Shown here: positions 8,545-17,946 of the stretch, one piece after another | Numbering within the stretch: position 1 is the stretch's first letter | How the letters are laid out: every line of letters starts with the position of its first letter | DNA from: Luminiphilus sp. | Lineage (GTDB): Bacteria; Pseudomonadota; Gammaproteobacteria; Pseudomonadales; Halieaceae | Assembly (NCBI GenBank): GCA_965656285.1 | Contig: CBFHJX010000001.1 | Location: forward strand, 1 to 50,551 | Reading direction: 5' to 3' | DNA: 50,551 nt | The notes under the pieces: generated by a model | The model's database searches: none | What the model was told of the DNA's origin: nothing | Seen by the model: only the letters and a program-made list of their open reading frames with translations | Made by a program: the position numbers and the translations under genes

Positions 8545-9444
8545 ATGCGTCACGCAGTGTCGATTTTCTGTTGGATTCTATTGTGTTGCTTTGCTGCGCA
8601 TGCAGGCGCCAGTGATCTTGAGCCGCCCAATATGACGTTTATACCCCTTGATGTTTCGAAGGTGGAGGGCGAAAACACCGAGCAATGGTCGTTCAATGGC
8701 GCTGAGTGGTGGCTCAGGAATACAAACGTCCCTAGTGTGTCGGTCTACCCTGCGACAAACGACAGCCCAACAGGCGCGGCCGTGCTGGTCATACCCGGAG
8801 GCGGCTTTCAGTTTGTGTCGATGTCTAATGAGGGCTGGCCGATAGCAGAGCGACTTGCAGCCCGAGGTATAACGGCTGTCGTTTTGAAGTACAGAACGGT
8901 CCAAACACCGAGAGATGACCAAGAGTTCTTTGAACTCATGGGACGATTATTTTCGGGGCGACTCGATCCCGAACTTCTGAGTGAGCAACGAGCGCGCGCT
9001 GTGTCCGTGGCTAAAGCAGATGCTCAAGGTGCCTTGGTATGGATCAAGGAAAACGCTGAGCAGTACGGAATCGATTCGTCCCGAGTCGGGGTGTTGGGAT
9101 TTTCGGCAGGCGCGATGACTGCAATGGCTGTTGCGCTCGACTCGGACGGCGGTGCTCCACCCGCTTTTCTGGGGGCTATCTATGGCGACCTAGGCTCAGT
9201 TGCCCCGCCTAAAGACCCAATGCCACTTTTTGTGGCCATTGCGTCTGACGACCCACTATTGGGGCATCAAGGTTTTGGATTAATTGAGGACTGGCACGGC
9301 GCTGGTGGTTCGACGGAACTCCATTGGTATCAGGGAGGTGGTCATGGTTTTGGCAGTTTCTCAAAAGGGACGACGAGCGATCGATGGTTTGATCAATTTA
9401 CAGTGTGGTTGATCGCAGAGGGCTTTACGACGCAGGCGATGTAA
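8545..9444 (+). CDS. Secreted alpha/beta hydrolase (esterase, BD-FAE/xylan-esterase-like)
   Basis: PGGGF oxyanion motif, GFSAG nucleophile, DD and GGHGFG triad residues; signal peptide from ATG 8545 with AGGAAG RBS. Confidence 0.85.
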   Translation: MRHAVSIFCWILLCCFAAHAGASDLEPPNMTFIPLDVSKVEGENTEQWSFNGAEWWLRNTNVPSVSVYPATNDSPTGAAVLVIPGGGFQFVSMSNEGWPIAERLAARGITAVVLKYRTVQTPRDDQEFFELMGRLFSGRLDPELLSEQRARAVSVAKADAQGALVWIKENAEQYGIDSSRVGVLGFSAGAMTAMAVALDSDGGAPPAFLGAIYGDLGSVAPPKDPMPLFVAIASDDPLLGHQGFGLIEDWHGAGGSTELHWYQGGGHGFGSFSKGTTSDRWFDQFTVWLIAEGFTTQAM

Positions 9445-9754
9445 TTGTTCTGTGGACTCGCTCCACCGACAGTGCAATATTGACCGGGATGAACGCCCGA
9501 GACGCGCTTAAAGACTATGTACAGGTTGCCCGTTGCCCCACATCTGTGCGCCGACTCACCGACAGGCAGGGCGTCATGCAGCAGCAGTAACCCCTATTGA
9601 GAGCTTACGGAACGTGCCTCCTAGATGCGCCGAGCTACGGCCATTTTGTGAGCCCTAAAGTGACGCTTGCTCCCCTTATAAGGTAAAAACGAAAACCGAA
9701 TAGTGACTGAAAGGCTTTATTTCATCGTGGCTTGTTATCCTTGGGTCTCAACGA

Positions 9755-10720
9755 ATGTATGGGAGCACGTCGATGCGGCACAAAGATTTGGCAGCCGTTT
9801 TTATCTGGCTGGTTGGGAGCACGTTTTATTCATCTGCATTGTTAGCTGATTCGCACTTCGAATCGGTGACAAAAGACGAGGCCTTTAGGGCGCAACTCAA
9901 TTTGTCTAAAGGCGCCGCATTTGTGGCGCTAAAGCACGGATATACCTACTACCGAACGGCGAATATTGACGATTGTGAAATACCCGATGTGCTGGTTCAT
10001 GGGTTTTCTGTACCGTCCTATATATGGGATCCGACCTTCGATTTCTTGGCATCACAGGGTCGCTGTGTCGTGACGCTGGACCTTTATGGACGTGGTTTTT
10101 CCGATAACCCCGATGTTGAATACACCGATGCACTCTTTGCTCATCAAGTCATCGGACTCCTCGATCACTTGGGGTTGGAGAGGGCGTCGTTGTTTGGGCT
10201 ATCTAACGGGGGGCGCGTGGTCAGCCAAGTGGCGGGCTTGGCACCCCACCGAATAGAGCGCCTGATCTACGTCGCCTCTTCAGGGTTTGGTGATACGCAC
10301 CGAGCGAAGGATACTCGCGTCACCAAGACAGAGATCGACGAACTCATTGCCCAATACCCCAACCTTCCCGCGGGACAACTGTCCGACTTCAAAGACCCGT
10401 CACAATTTCAAGATTGGGACGATAAGTATGCGGAGTTACTGGCTCACAAGGGTTTCGCCCGAGCGCTGATCTCGACGCGAAAGAATCACGACTCAACGGA
10501 GCTGGACCGAATTCATGCGATGCTTCAAGACTCCGATATTCCCGTCGTGACCATTTGGGGTGACAGCGATACCGTGGTGGTTTATGAGCGCTTTGCCCAG
10601 AAGATAGCGCAGCTACTGCCCAAGCGGGTTGAACACTTCGTCCCCAATTCCGGTCATTTACCTCATATGGAAAATCGGATCGTCTTCGAGGCGATTCTTG
10701 AGAAAAGTCTTGGGTTGTAA
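9755..10720 (+). CDS. Alpha/beta fold hydrolase
   Basis: VHGF, DLYGRGFS, GLSNGG nucleophile elbow, WGDSD, SGHLPHME; probable signal peptide (start may be 9773). Confidence 0.88.
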   Translation: MYGSTSMRHKDLAAVFIWLVGSTFYSSALLADSHFESVTKDEAFRAQLNLSKGAAFVALKHGYTYYRTANIDDCEIPDVLVHGFSVPSYIWDPTFDFLASQGRCVVTLDLYGRGFSDNPDVEYTDALFAHQVIGLLDHLGLERASLFGLSNGGRVVSQVAGLAPHRIERLIYVASSGFGDTHRAKDTRVTKTEIDELIAQYPNLPAGQLSDFKDPSQFQDWDDKYAELLAHKGFARALISTRKNHDSTELDRIHAMLQDSDIPVVTIWGDSDTVVVYERFAQKIAQLLPKRVEHFVPNSGHLPHMENRIVFEAILEKSLGL

Positions 10721-10791
10721 CGTCGCCTTTGCGCCTGAGCCGTGTCGGCGCCGACCAAGCGCAGTCATGAAAAAAATAGAGGTCGCAGAAC

Positions 10792-12201
10792 ATGATTAAT
10801 ACCACTCATTTACACCGGTGCGTGATCAGCAGAGTGATCTTTGCTGCGGCCGCTTCGTGTTTGCCGGTGCTGGCCGATGAACCTGGCTCATCACAGCCCA
10901 TCGCATTTGTTGGGGGGCAGCTGTTGGACGGCTACGAAGCGCCGGCTATTCCAGACGGCGTCATTGTCTTTGAGGGGGGGGTCATTACCCAGCTGGGTCC
11001 GAAGGCAGAGGTCGACATTCCCCGCGAGGCTGAAATTATTGATCTCGGTGGACACACGATCCTTCCTGGCCTCATCGATAACCATGTGCATGTTGACCTT
11101 ATTGGTCATGGCTCTTACGAGCGCTACTACGAATTTCTCGGCGGTACGAAGCGCTTACTCGATGTGATGCCAATTGCGGCCAAGCAAATGCTGCGTGCGG
11201 GGGTGACCACGGCGCTTGATCTCGGCGCCCCGTTTGAAATTCTGACGTTGCGCGAACGCATTGAGCGGGGAGTAATTCCCGGACCTGAATTGCTGATCTC
11301 TGGACCTTGGATTACGCGCGTTCAATACGACACGATTCCTGACAGTTACGAGGTGGTGATTACGTCGCCTCAAGTGGCGGCACAAAAGACGCTGGAATTA
11401 ATTGATCGCGGCTCGGACGTCATTAAGACGTGGGAGGGTCTTACTCAGGAGGATTATATCGCCGTTGTAAATGCCGCGCATTCGCGGGGTGTCAAAGTGC
11501 ATGCCCATTTGTACGAGCCTCGAGCCATCGAAATGGCCATGAATGCCGGTGTCGATGTCTTTCAACATGTGGGTTCGGCAGGGAACCCGCCATACGACGA
11601 AACCCTGATTAATGCGATTGCACATCGTGAAATTCCGATCGTTCAAACCATTTCCCACAGGGTCTGGGTTTACCCGTCAACACAGGCGTTTCCGTCGCGA
11701 CTGAGCCGAACGGAATACCGAGAGGACATGCCTGACGACATTTACCAAGAGTTTATGGCCTCATTTGAGAACTTCCATCAGCTACCGTATTTCCGTAATG
11801 CGGCGACAGAGATACGGAACTCGACTCAGTCAGCGGGGCAATTTATCCGCGCGGGAGCTCGCATAGGCGTGGGTACCGATGCAGCAAGTCCCTTAAACAT
11901 GCATTTGGAAGCCATGTGGCGTGAAATGTCGGCCCTCGTCGACAGTGGTATGACGCCGTTGCAAGTCATTTCAGCCGCCACTAAAACGAATGCAGAAATA
12001 CTGGGGTTGTTTGGGGATCGAGGCAGCCTTGAGGTCGGCAAGCGAGCGGACATGCTTATTGTTCAGGGTAATCCCCTCGAAGACATTAACACCCTCGGTA
12101 ACGTGGCCGTTGTCGTGAAGCAGGGTGACCTTTGGTTTACCGAAGGCAGCACCGTAGCGCCTGCAGCCCGCGCTAACTTCTTCGGCGGCGGGTCACGCTA
12201 G
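10792..12201 (+). CDS. Secreted amidohydrolase family protein
   Basis: PGLIDNHVH metal motif, AGVTT, IK, HAH, GTDA, GSLEVGKRAD; GAGG RBS. Confidence 0.9.
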   Translation: MINTTHLHRCVISRVIFAAAASCLPVLADEPGSSQPIAFVGGQLLDGYEAPAIPDGVIVFEGGVITQLGPKAEVDIPREAEIIDLGGHTILPGLIDNHVHVDLIGHGSYERYYEFLGGTKRLLDVMPIAAKQMLRAGVTTALDLGAPFEILTLRERIERGVIPGPELLISGPWITRVQYDTIPDSYEVVITSPQVAAQKTLELIDRGSDVIKTWEGLTQEDYIAVVNAAHSRGVKVHAHLYEPRAIEMAMNAGVDVFQHVGSAGNPPYDETLINAIAHREIPIVQTISHRVWVYPSTQAFPSRLSRTEYREDMPDDIYQEFMASFENFHQLPYFRNAATEIRNSTQSAGQFIRAGARIGVGTDAASPLNMHLEAMWREMSALVDSGMTPLQVISAATKTNAEILGLFGDRGSLEVGKRADMLIVQGNPLEDINTLGNVAVVVKQGDLWFTEGSTVAPAARANFFGGGSR

Positions 12202-12212
12202 GGCGCCTTAGG

Positions 12213-13382
12213 CTAAATACTAATGTCGTCCCGGTTGTAATCGTGCAGGTCATGACGCGCTGCCTCATTCCAGGCAAACGATAAGTTTTTGTCTTCAAAG
12301 GGTTGATATCGGTACGGCTCCTCGTCGGTAAAACGTGCTTGACGCGCGGCAATCGCGTAACCCAAGACCCGTGATCGACGAGCAATAATATCCTCGTCGA
12401 ACACTTGTGCGTCACTGTGAATCCCGCCGCCTTTGACACCCAGTACTGAAGAGCGCTTGTGGAAGCCAAAGTTAACTGTAAGTCGCGGTTCAAAGCCGCT
12501 GTTGGGGAAGGATCCGTGCAACGCTTGGCGGTTACACATCACCACGTCTCCGCGATCGCAGACAAGCGGTACGGCGCCCTCTATTCGCTCGCTTTGCGAC
12601 TGACTGACAAGCGCGCTGATATCGATTTTGCCCAGTTTGTGGCTGCCGGGAAGGACCCACACGCCGTTAACGGCCGTGCTCCCGTAGAGCTGAGCCATGA
12701 AGTTAAAACCGTGAATATTTTCATCAAAATCGGGGCTGTCCCAGTGTGTGACGCCGTCTTGGTGCCAAGAGACGGCCGCACCAATTCCCGGTTCCTTAAT
12801 GAACAAGGCTTCATTGAACGGCGCAAAGTCTTTGCCATTGATCGTCTCAGCAACCATGAGAAGCTGAGGGTGCGCATAGGTGCGAAGACAGGCGTCGGAG
12901 AAGCGCAGTGAGCCTAAGAGTATGAATGGAGAGGCGGCGGGCGTCTCTGAGCCGGCCTCGGGTTCGAACATCTTGACTTGGTGTCGCCCGTTAGCCAGTT
13001 GCGTTCCGCCCAGTGGGTCGCCTAAGGGTTTTGACCAGATCAAGTGCGGTGTTTGTGAGTTACTGCCGAGTGCTGGATTACCTTGCGCATCAACCGAACT
13101 GTCGGGAGACGTGGGAAAGGAGGCCTTCATCGCGATCATGTCAGCTTCTATATCTTGACACTCCTCTTCCGCTAAGACCCCGGTGAAAACATAGAATCCG
13201 TATGTCGAATAGGCATCGAGAATGTGTTGTGCAAGACGTCCAGTATTATCAAACTCGATGGGTCCGCGGTTTCCAAGCGCCAAGGCGCTGCGCTGACCCT
13301 CGATTAAGTAGTCACGCATTGCGTCAGCCTGTTCGCCGTAGCGAGCGGCGCAAGCGTCGATGGATTTAGATATATCGTGCAT
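12213..13382 (-). CDS. Phytanoyl-CoA dioxygenase (PhyH) family Fe(II)/2OG oxygenase
   Basis: WHQD, NG..VLPGSH, LHGSFPN...R motifs; ATG 13382 with GGAG RBS. Confidence 0.88.
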   Translation of the reverse strand: MHDISKSIDACAARYGEQADAMRDYLIEGQRSALALGNRGPIEFDNTGRLAQHILDAYSTYGFYVFTGVLAEEECQDIEADMIAMKASFPTSPDSSVDAQGNPALGSNSQTPHLIWSKPLGDPLGGTQLANGRHQVKMFEPEAGSETPAASPFILLGSLRFSDACLRTYAHPQLLMVAETINGKDFAPFNEALFIKEPGIGAAVSWHQDGVTHWDSPDFDENIHGFNFMAQLYGSTAVNGVWVLPGSHKLGKIDISALVSQSQSERIEGAVPLVCDRGDVVMCNRQALHGSFPNSGFEPRLTVNFGFHKRSSVLGVKGGGIHSDAQVFDEDIIARRSRVLGYAIAARQARFTDEEPYRYQPFEDKNLSFAWNEAARHDLHDYNRDDISI

Positions 13383-13430
13383 CGTGGTCTCCAACTTTAT
13401 GTCGCGTATATTTATCGCTTAGCGTTCTAT

Positions 13431-14561
13431 CTAACCGCCACTCAGTTCTTCATGAAGATTTTTATGGAAACGCACGATCGCCTGCTCAAAGAGACCAAAC
13501 GTTAAGTGCGAGTTGGCGGATGTCGTGACGGTTTCCTGTATGTCTCTTGCTGCTGCACGGTCTTCTTCTTGGCCCGACTGATTGACGAAATCAACATCCT
13601 TCATTGCCGCCTCATGGCTAATTTCTTTACCTGATGTGGCTCTGTGCTTAATGTAATAAGAGAACATCTGTGTACGGGTGGGCGACAGTGGCTCGATAAT
13701 CGTGACACTGGTGTGTTTTGATAAAACGGAAACACTGACGTTAGGGAATAGGTGGTAGACCAGGGTTGCGAAACCCTCTATCTTGCGCTCATTGACGGCG
13801 ATCGATCGTAAGTTTTCGATGCGTTTGAACGGGTACACGACACGCGAGTTTTGACCAAAGGACTCGATGACGTTGATGTTATCCAGTCCAAAGGGGTAGA
13901 AGCTCTCGCGGTGCAATGACTTGATATGGTAACCCTCAAGCAGGGTCTCGGTCAGTAGCTTCCAATTGGCATCATCCACTGTATTACTCTGATGGATCAG
14001 GGGTTGTGTTGAATCGAAAAAGTCCAGCGCAGTGTCTAGTGTGTTCAGTTTTGGACTTCCTTCCTGTTGTACGTAGACGAGCCCTCCCTTCTCGAGTGCA
14101 AAGAGCTCTTTGAGGCCCGCCGTTTCTTGCTCTAAGTCAGGAAATGCGGCGGCCCCTGGAACGCCGCGAAGTGTTCCATCTAAATTGTAAGTCCAGCCGT
14201 GGTAGGGGCAGGAGAACGTGCGCGCACACCCCTGACCTGAGGCGACTTTCATCCCACGATGGCGGCAAGCATTAATAAATGCGCGCACCCTCAAGTCGTT
14301 GTCTCGGACGACAAGAAGTGGTGTACCCGCCGCGGTACGAGATACGAAGCTGCCCGCCTCTGGAATAGCTGCTGAGGGGCAAAAGACCACGGGACGCTCG
14401 CGTAGGAGAGCAATTTCTTTCTCGAACCTTTCCTGACGAACGTAATGACTCACGGGCTCACGCCACGGGGCGTCACCGAGGTCGGTGGTTTTGTTATCGA
14501 TGTGCTCAAATACACGATCAATAACTTCATTGTGTGTCAGGAGCCCTGCATTGTTGTCCAT
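13431..14561 (-). CDS. Rieske non-heme iron ring-hydroxylating oxygenase, alpha subunit
   Basis: Rieske ligands CRHRG...CPYHGW; NWK...EGYHIKSLH mononuclear Fe site; late ED. Confidence 0.92.
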   Translation of the reverse strand: MDNNAGLLTHNEVIDRVFEHIDNKTTDLGDAPWREPVSHYVRQERFEKEIALLRERPVVFCPSAAIPEAGSFVSRTAAGTPLLVVRDNDLRVRAFINACRHRGMKVASGQGCARTFSCPYHGWTYNLDGTLRGVPGAAAFPDLEQETAGLKELFALEKGGLVYVQQEGSPKLNTLDTALDFFDSTQPLIHQSNTVDDANWKLLTETLLEGYHIKSLHRESFYPFGLDNINVIESFGQNSRVVYPFKRIENLRSIAVNERKIEGFATLVYHLFPNVSVSVLSKHTSVTIIEPLSPTRTQMFSYYIKHRATSGKEISHEAAMKDVDFVNQSGQEEDRAAARDIQETVTTSANSHLTFGLFEQAIVRFHKNLHEELSGG

Positions 14562-14794
14562 GGTGACTGCTCTCTATTCTCAGTGTTTAACTGCCCCCGA
14601 AAGGGGTCTCGGGCCGTAATCCATGCGCATCCAATGAGTCGACGCAGGCATTTATCGGCTGTTCTCTGGCACGGCCGCTGCGGCCAGAGCCTGGACTGTT
14701 TATCAAGTATTGATAAACAGCACGTCTTTTATCCACTTAGTACGCTCAATCGCTTGTGGCCTTTGAAATCTGGGGTAAGTAACGCCGTTTACCA

Positions 14795-15814
14795 TTAAAT
14801 AGGATCATGAGCTTTTAGGAGTTGCTTGCCATGGTTCTCGCCCGTGTAGAGGCGCCGCAGCGTATTCGGGATGTTCTCGAAACCTTCCTGCACATCGACC
14901 TGGAACTGCAAGTCTCCAGACATTACCCAGCCTAGAAGATCTTGAATCGCTTCCATCGCTCGGGGCATGTAATCGAGAATAATGAATCCCTCCATGCGAC
15001 TGCGATTAGTCACTAGATTCATTAAGTTTGAGGGTCCAGGAATAGGCGCTTCGGCGTTGTAGCCTGAAATACCGCCACAGAGGACCACGCGTGAATACAA
15101 GTCCAAATGGTTCAAGGCGGCCTCGAGTGTCTCTCCACCGACGTTGTCGAAAAATACGTTCCACTTGTTGGGACAAGCGGCTGCAATTTGACCGTCAAGG
15201 TCGCCCTGTTTGTAATCAATGGCGGCGTCGAGACCAGCGACCTCGGTGAGCCATCGGCACTTCTCAGGACCACCGGCAATACCGACCACCCGGCATCCTT
15301 TAATCTTAGCAATCTGACTGGCAACAGAGCCGGTGGCGCCCGCGGCTCCCGAGACAAGTACGGTATCACCAGCCTGAGGTTGTCCGAGCTCGAGTAATCC
15401 AAAATACGCGGTGATACCCGTGAGGCCGATGACTGAGAGCATCATCTCTGGTGTCACGCCTTCAGGGATTTTAGTGACTCCAGTGACGCCTTCTCCTGGA
15501 GTAACCACGGCGTAGTCTTGCCAGCCCCCCATGGTTTGCACCAGCTCTCCCTCAGCGAACTCAGGGTGGCGTGACTGGACAATTTGGGCGACGGTTCCTG
15601 AGCGCATGACCTCACCTATGGCGACAGGTGGAAGATAGCTTGGTCGATCAACCATCCAGTTTCGCTGTGTTGGATCGAACGAAAAGTAGAGGTTTTTGAT
15701 GAGTATTTGGTTGTCACCCACCACAGGAATAGAACGTTCCACAAGGTCAAAGTTGGACGCCCCGATCATTCCCTCGGGTCTCTTAGCGAGCAGCCATTGG
15801 CGGTTGTGGTTCAT
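14795..15814 (-). CDS. NADP-dependent oxidoreductase (prostaglandin reductase/CurA-like MDR)
   Basis: LAKRPEG, SFDP, TAYFGL, VSGAAGATGS, FFDNVGG, CGGISGYN, GENHGK. Confidence 0.92.
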   Translation of the reverse strand: MNHNRQWLLAKRPEGMIGASNFDLVERSIPVVGDNQILIKNLYFSFDPTQRNWMVDRPSYLPPVAIGEVMRSGTVAQIVQSRHPEFAEGELVQTMGGWQDYAVVTPGEGVTGVTKIPEGVTPEMMLSVIGLTGITAYFGLLELGQPQAGDTVLVSGAAGATGSVASQIAKIKGCRVVGIAGGPEKCRWLTEVAGLDAAIDYKQGDLDGQIAAACPNKWNVFFDNVGGETLEAALNHLDLYSRVVLCGGISGYNAEAPIPGPSNLMNLVTNRSRMEGFIILDYMPRAMEAIQDLLGWVMSGDLQFQVDVQEGFENIPNTLRRLYTGENHGKQLLKAHDPI

Positions 15815-15865
15815 CGTGTGTTCCTTTTGTTTGTGCGCTGCGTGTTCAATTTATGTGGTTTGTAC

Positions 15866-16456
15866 TCAGTCTGAATGGACTCGTATTAAATGCTCGATTC
15901 CGGCAAGAACGTAAGCCACGGCGATTTCAATACTGTCGTCCCTGCTGAGTCCTCCTGTGCTCGACCACTCGGCAGCGGACCAGGCCGCACCCGAGGACAG
16001 CTGCACTATTAAGCTGGCTCTATCTTCATCGAGTTGATAATGCTCAGCCATTTTGTTGATCAGGTAGGCTGCGCTAAATCGAGCGTTGCGCGCCAATTCG
16101 TCGCTGATAATGCTTGCGATCTCCGGTTGGGTGATGAGCATGGGCAAAACTGATCCGGGGGCGAAGTGCTCAAAATTGCTTTTGACAGAAATTCGGACAA
16201 TGTCTTCAAACGTATTCGCATTTTTTGTGGCTTCGAACGTCCGATCGCTAAAGCGCCGATATTCCCGCTTCAGTAGCGTTTGCAGCAGCACAATGCGATT
16301 CGGGAAGTAGTTGTAAATTAAGGGAGCCGAGACGCCTGCGTACTTCGCCAGTCCTTCCATTGTGAAGTAAGCGACGCTCTCCATCGCAATGATTTCAGCA
16401 CTGCAATCGAGTAAGTGCTCTTGGCGTGCCTCAGGACTCAATCGTGTACGTTTCAC
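15866..16456 (-). CDS. TetR/AcrR family transcriptional regulator
   Basis: N-terminal HTH 'FTMEGLAKYAGVSAPLIYNYFPNR'; 196 aa. Confidence 0.9.
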   Translation of the reverse strand: MKRTRLSPEARQEHLLDCSAEIIAMESVAYFTMEGLAKYAGVSAPLIYNYFPNRIVLLQTLLKREYRRFSDRTFEATKNANTFEDIVRISVKSNFEHFAPGSVLPMLITQPEIASIISDELARNARFSAAYLINKMAEHYQLDEDRASLIVQLSSGAAWSAAEWSSTGGLSRDDSIEIAVAYVLAGIEHLIRVHSD

Positions 16457-16475
16457 TGTGCGACTCTGCTCTTGT

Positions 16476-16505
16476 ACTTATTATTGACGGTCATAAATAA
16501 TAAGT
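16476..16505. promoter_or_regulatory. Inverted repeat, probable TetR operator
   Basis: ACTTATTATT-N10-AATAATAAGT, perfect 10-bp arms with an inner TGAC-G-GTCA, 20 bp upstream of the tetR start. Confidence 0.6.
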
Positions 16506-16779
16506 TTAGTTCACCGAGCTTGTTGCGTAAATAAAACTTGCAGTCGACCTTGTAGAACCGTCACACGGCGTTTTTGTTAAATTTGTTGTCAATGGATTGC
16601 GCGTTGCCGCTTACTGTGGCGCGCATTATTTGTGTGGGAGATGTCAGCGAATGACGTCTCGATTGAGCGACGGCGAGCACGACATTACAAAGTTACGCTT
16701 GCCGGCCCTCGGCGTTCCTAACCCGAACGGAAACTGTGCCACTATGCCGGTGTGAGAAAGAGGAAAAAGAGAGATCGTC

Positions 16780-17874
16780 ATGAGATTCGCACGTTGGCTT
16801 CTTTGGAGCATCCTGTTCATCAGTTGTACCAGCACTGCCCGTGAACCGGCGTTGAATACCGATTACGAGACTGTGTTTGCAGGGTTAGCCATGGGCTGTA
16901 TTCACAAAGAATACAGCAATAAAATTGCGCACTACATGAATGAGAAGGGCGACCTGAAACCCCCTCGCGAGTTGTACCCAGCGTTTTACGGCTGTTTCGA
17001 TTGGCACTCGTCAGTTCATGGTCACTGGTTACTGGTGCGGCTGCTCAATACCAATGCAAACCTTGCTGATAGAGACGTGATTGAGGCGAAGCTCAATCAA
17101 AGTTTTAGTGCGGAAAATATCGTCGGAGAGTTGACGAACTATCAGCGTCCGGGCATGAAGTCCTTCGAGCGGCCCTATGGCATTGCTTGGTTACTGCAGC
17201 TCACCGCGGAGCTTCGACAGTCACCCTTGCCCAGAGCGAAGATCTGGCTGAATAACCTTCTTCCCTTGGAGCGTCAGGCGGTTGCCAATATCAGCGAATG
17301 GCTTCCAAAATTGACACATCCGATCCGTACGGGGGAGCACAGCCAAACGGCCTTTGCATTCGGTCTTATGCTGGATTGGAGTAGAATTGCGGGCGACGCC
17401 GTATTTGAGTCGCTGCTGCAGAGGCGCGTAAAAGAACTCTACTTAGCAGATACCAACTGCCCGCTCTCTTACGAGCCGTCCGGCCAAGATTTTTTATCGC
17501 CGTGCATGGCTCAGGCAGACCTGATGCGGCGCGTCATGACCCAGCAAGAGTTTTCGCAATGGCTCACTGCATTTTTCCCCACGCTGACCGAAGGAACCGG
17601 CAACGACTGGCTAGTACCCGCCGTTGTGACCGACAAGTCTGATGGCAAGCTTGCGCATCTCGACGGGCTAAATACCAGTCGTGCTTGGATGCTGGAGGGC
17701 GTCATGACTGCGCTACCCAGTGACGATGTGCGTGTGGCCCCTTTGCGACGTGCGGCCGAAGCGCATCGCCAGTTGGGTCTGAACGCGGTTCTGGGTGACA
17801 TGCACTATATGGGGAGTCACTGGCTGGGCAGTTTTGCCACCTACCTGCAAACCCAACGAGGATTATCGCTTTAG
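16780..17874 (+). CDS. DUF2891-family protein, probable lipoprotein
   Basis: PAFYGCFDWHSSVHGHW, FERPYG.AW, RTGEHSQTAF, EPSGQDFLSP, HLDGLN.SRAW, YMGSHWL; lipobox-like LFISC. Confidence 0.82.
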   Translation: MRFARWLLWSILFISCTSTAREPALNTDYETVFAGLAMGCIHKEYSNKIAHYMNEKGDLKPPRELYPAFYGCFDWHSSVHGHWLLVRLLNTNANLADRDVIEAKLNQSFSAENIVGELTNYQRPGMKSFERPYGIAWLLQLTAELRQSPLPRAKIWLNNLLPLERQAVANISEWLPKLTHPIRTGEHSQTAFAFGLMLDWSRIAGDAVFESLLQRRVKELYLADTNCPLSYEPSGQDFLSPCMAQADLMRRVMTQQEFSQWLTAFFPTLTEGTGNDWLVPAVVTDKSDGKLAHLDGLNTSRAWMLEGVMTALPSDDVRVAPLRRAAEAHRQLGLNAVLGDMHYMGSHWLGSFATYLQTQRGLSL

Positions 17875-17946
17875 ACGTCAAAAGCTGAGTGCAGGCCTTT
17901 CACTTCAGAGCAGTGAGTCGCCTGTAAAGTCGGCTGACAATGACCC

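Noticed and set aside
10974-10981. G8 tract in the amidohydrolase (also A8 at 32513-32520 in lysR) as phase-variation sites
   Set aside because: The tracts are short, both frames are intact, and these gene types are not typical contingency loci.
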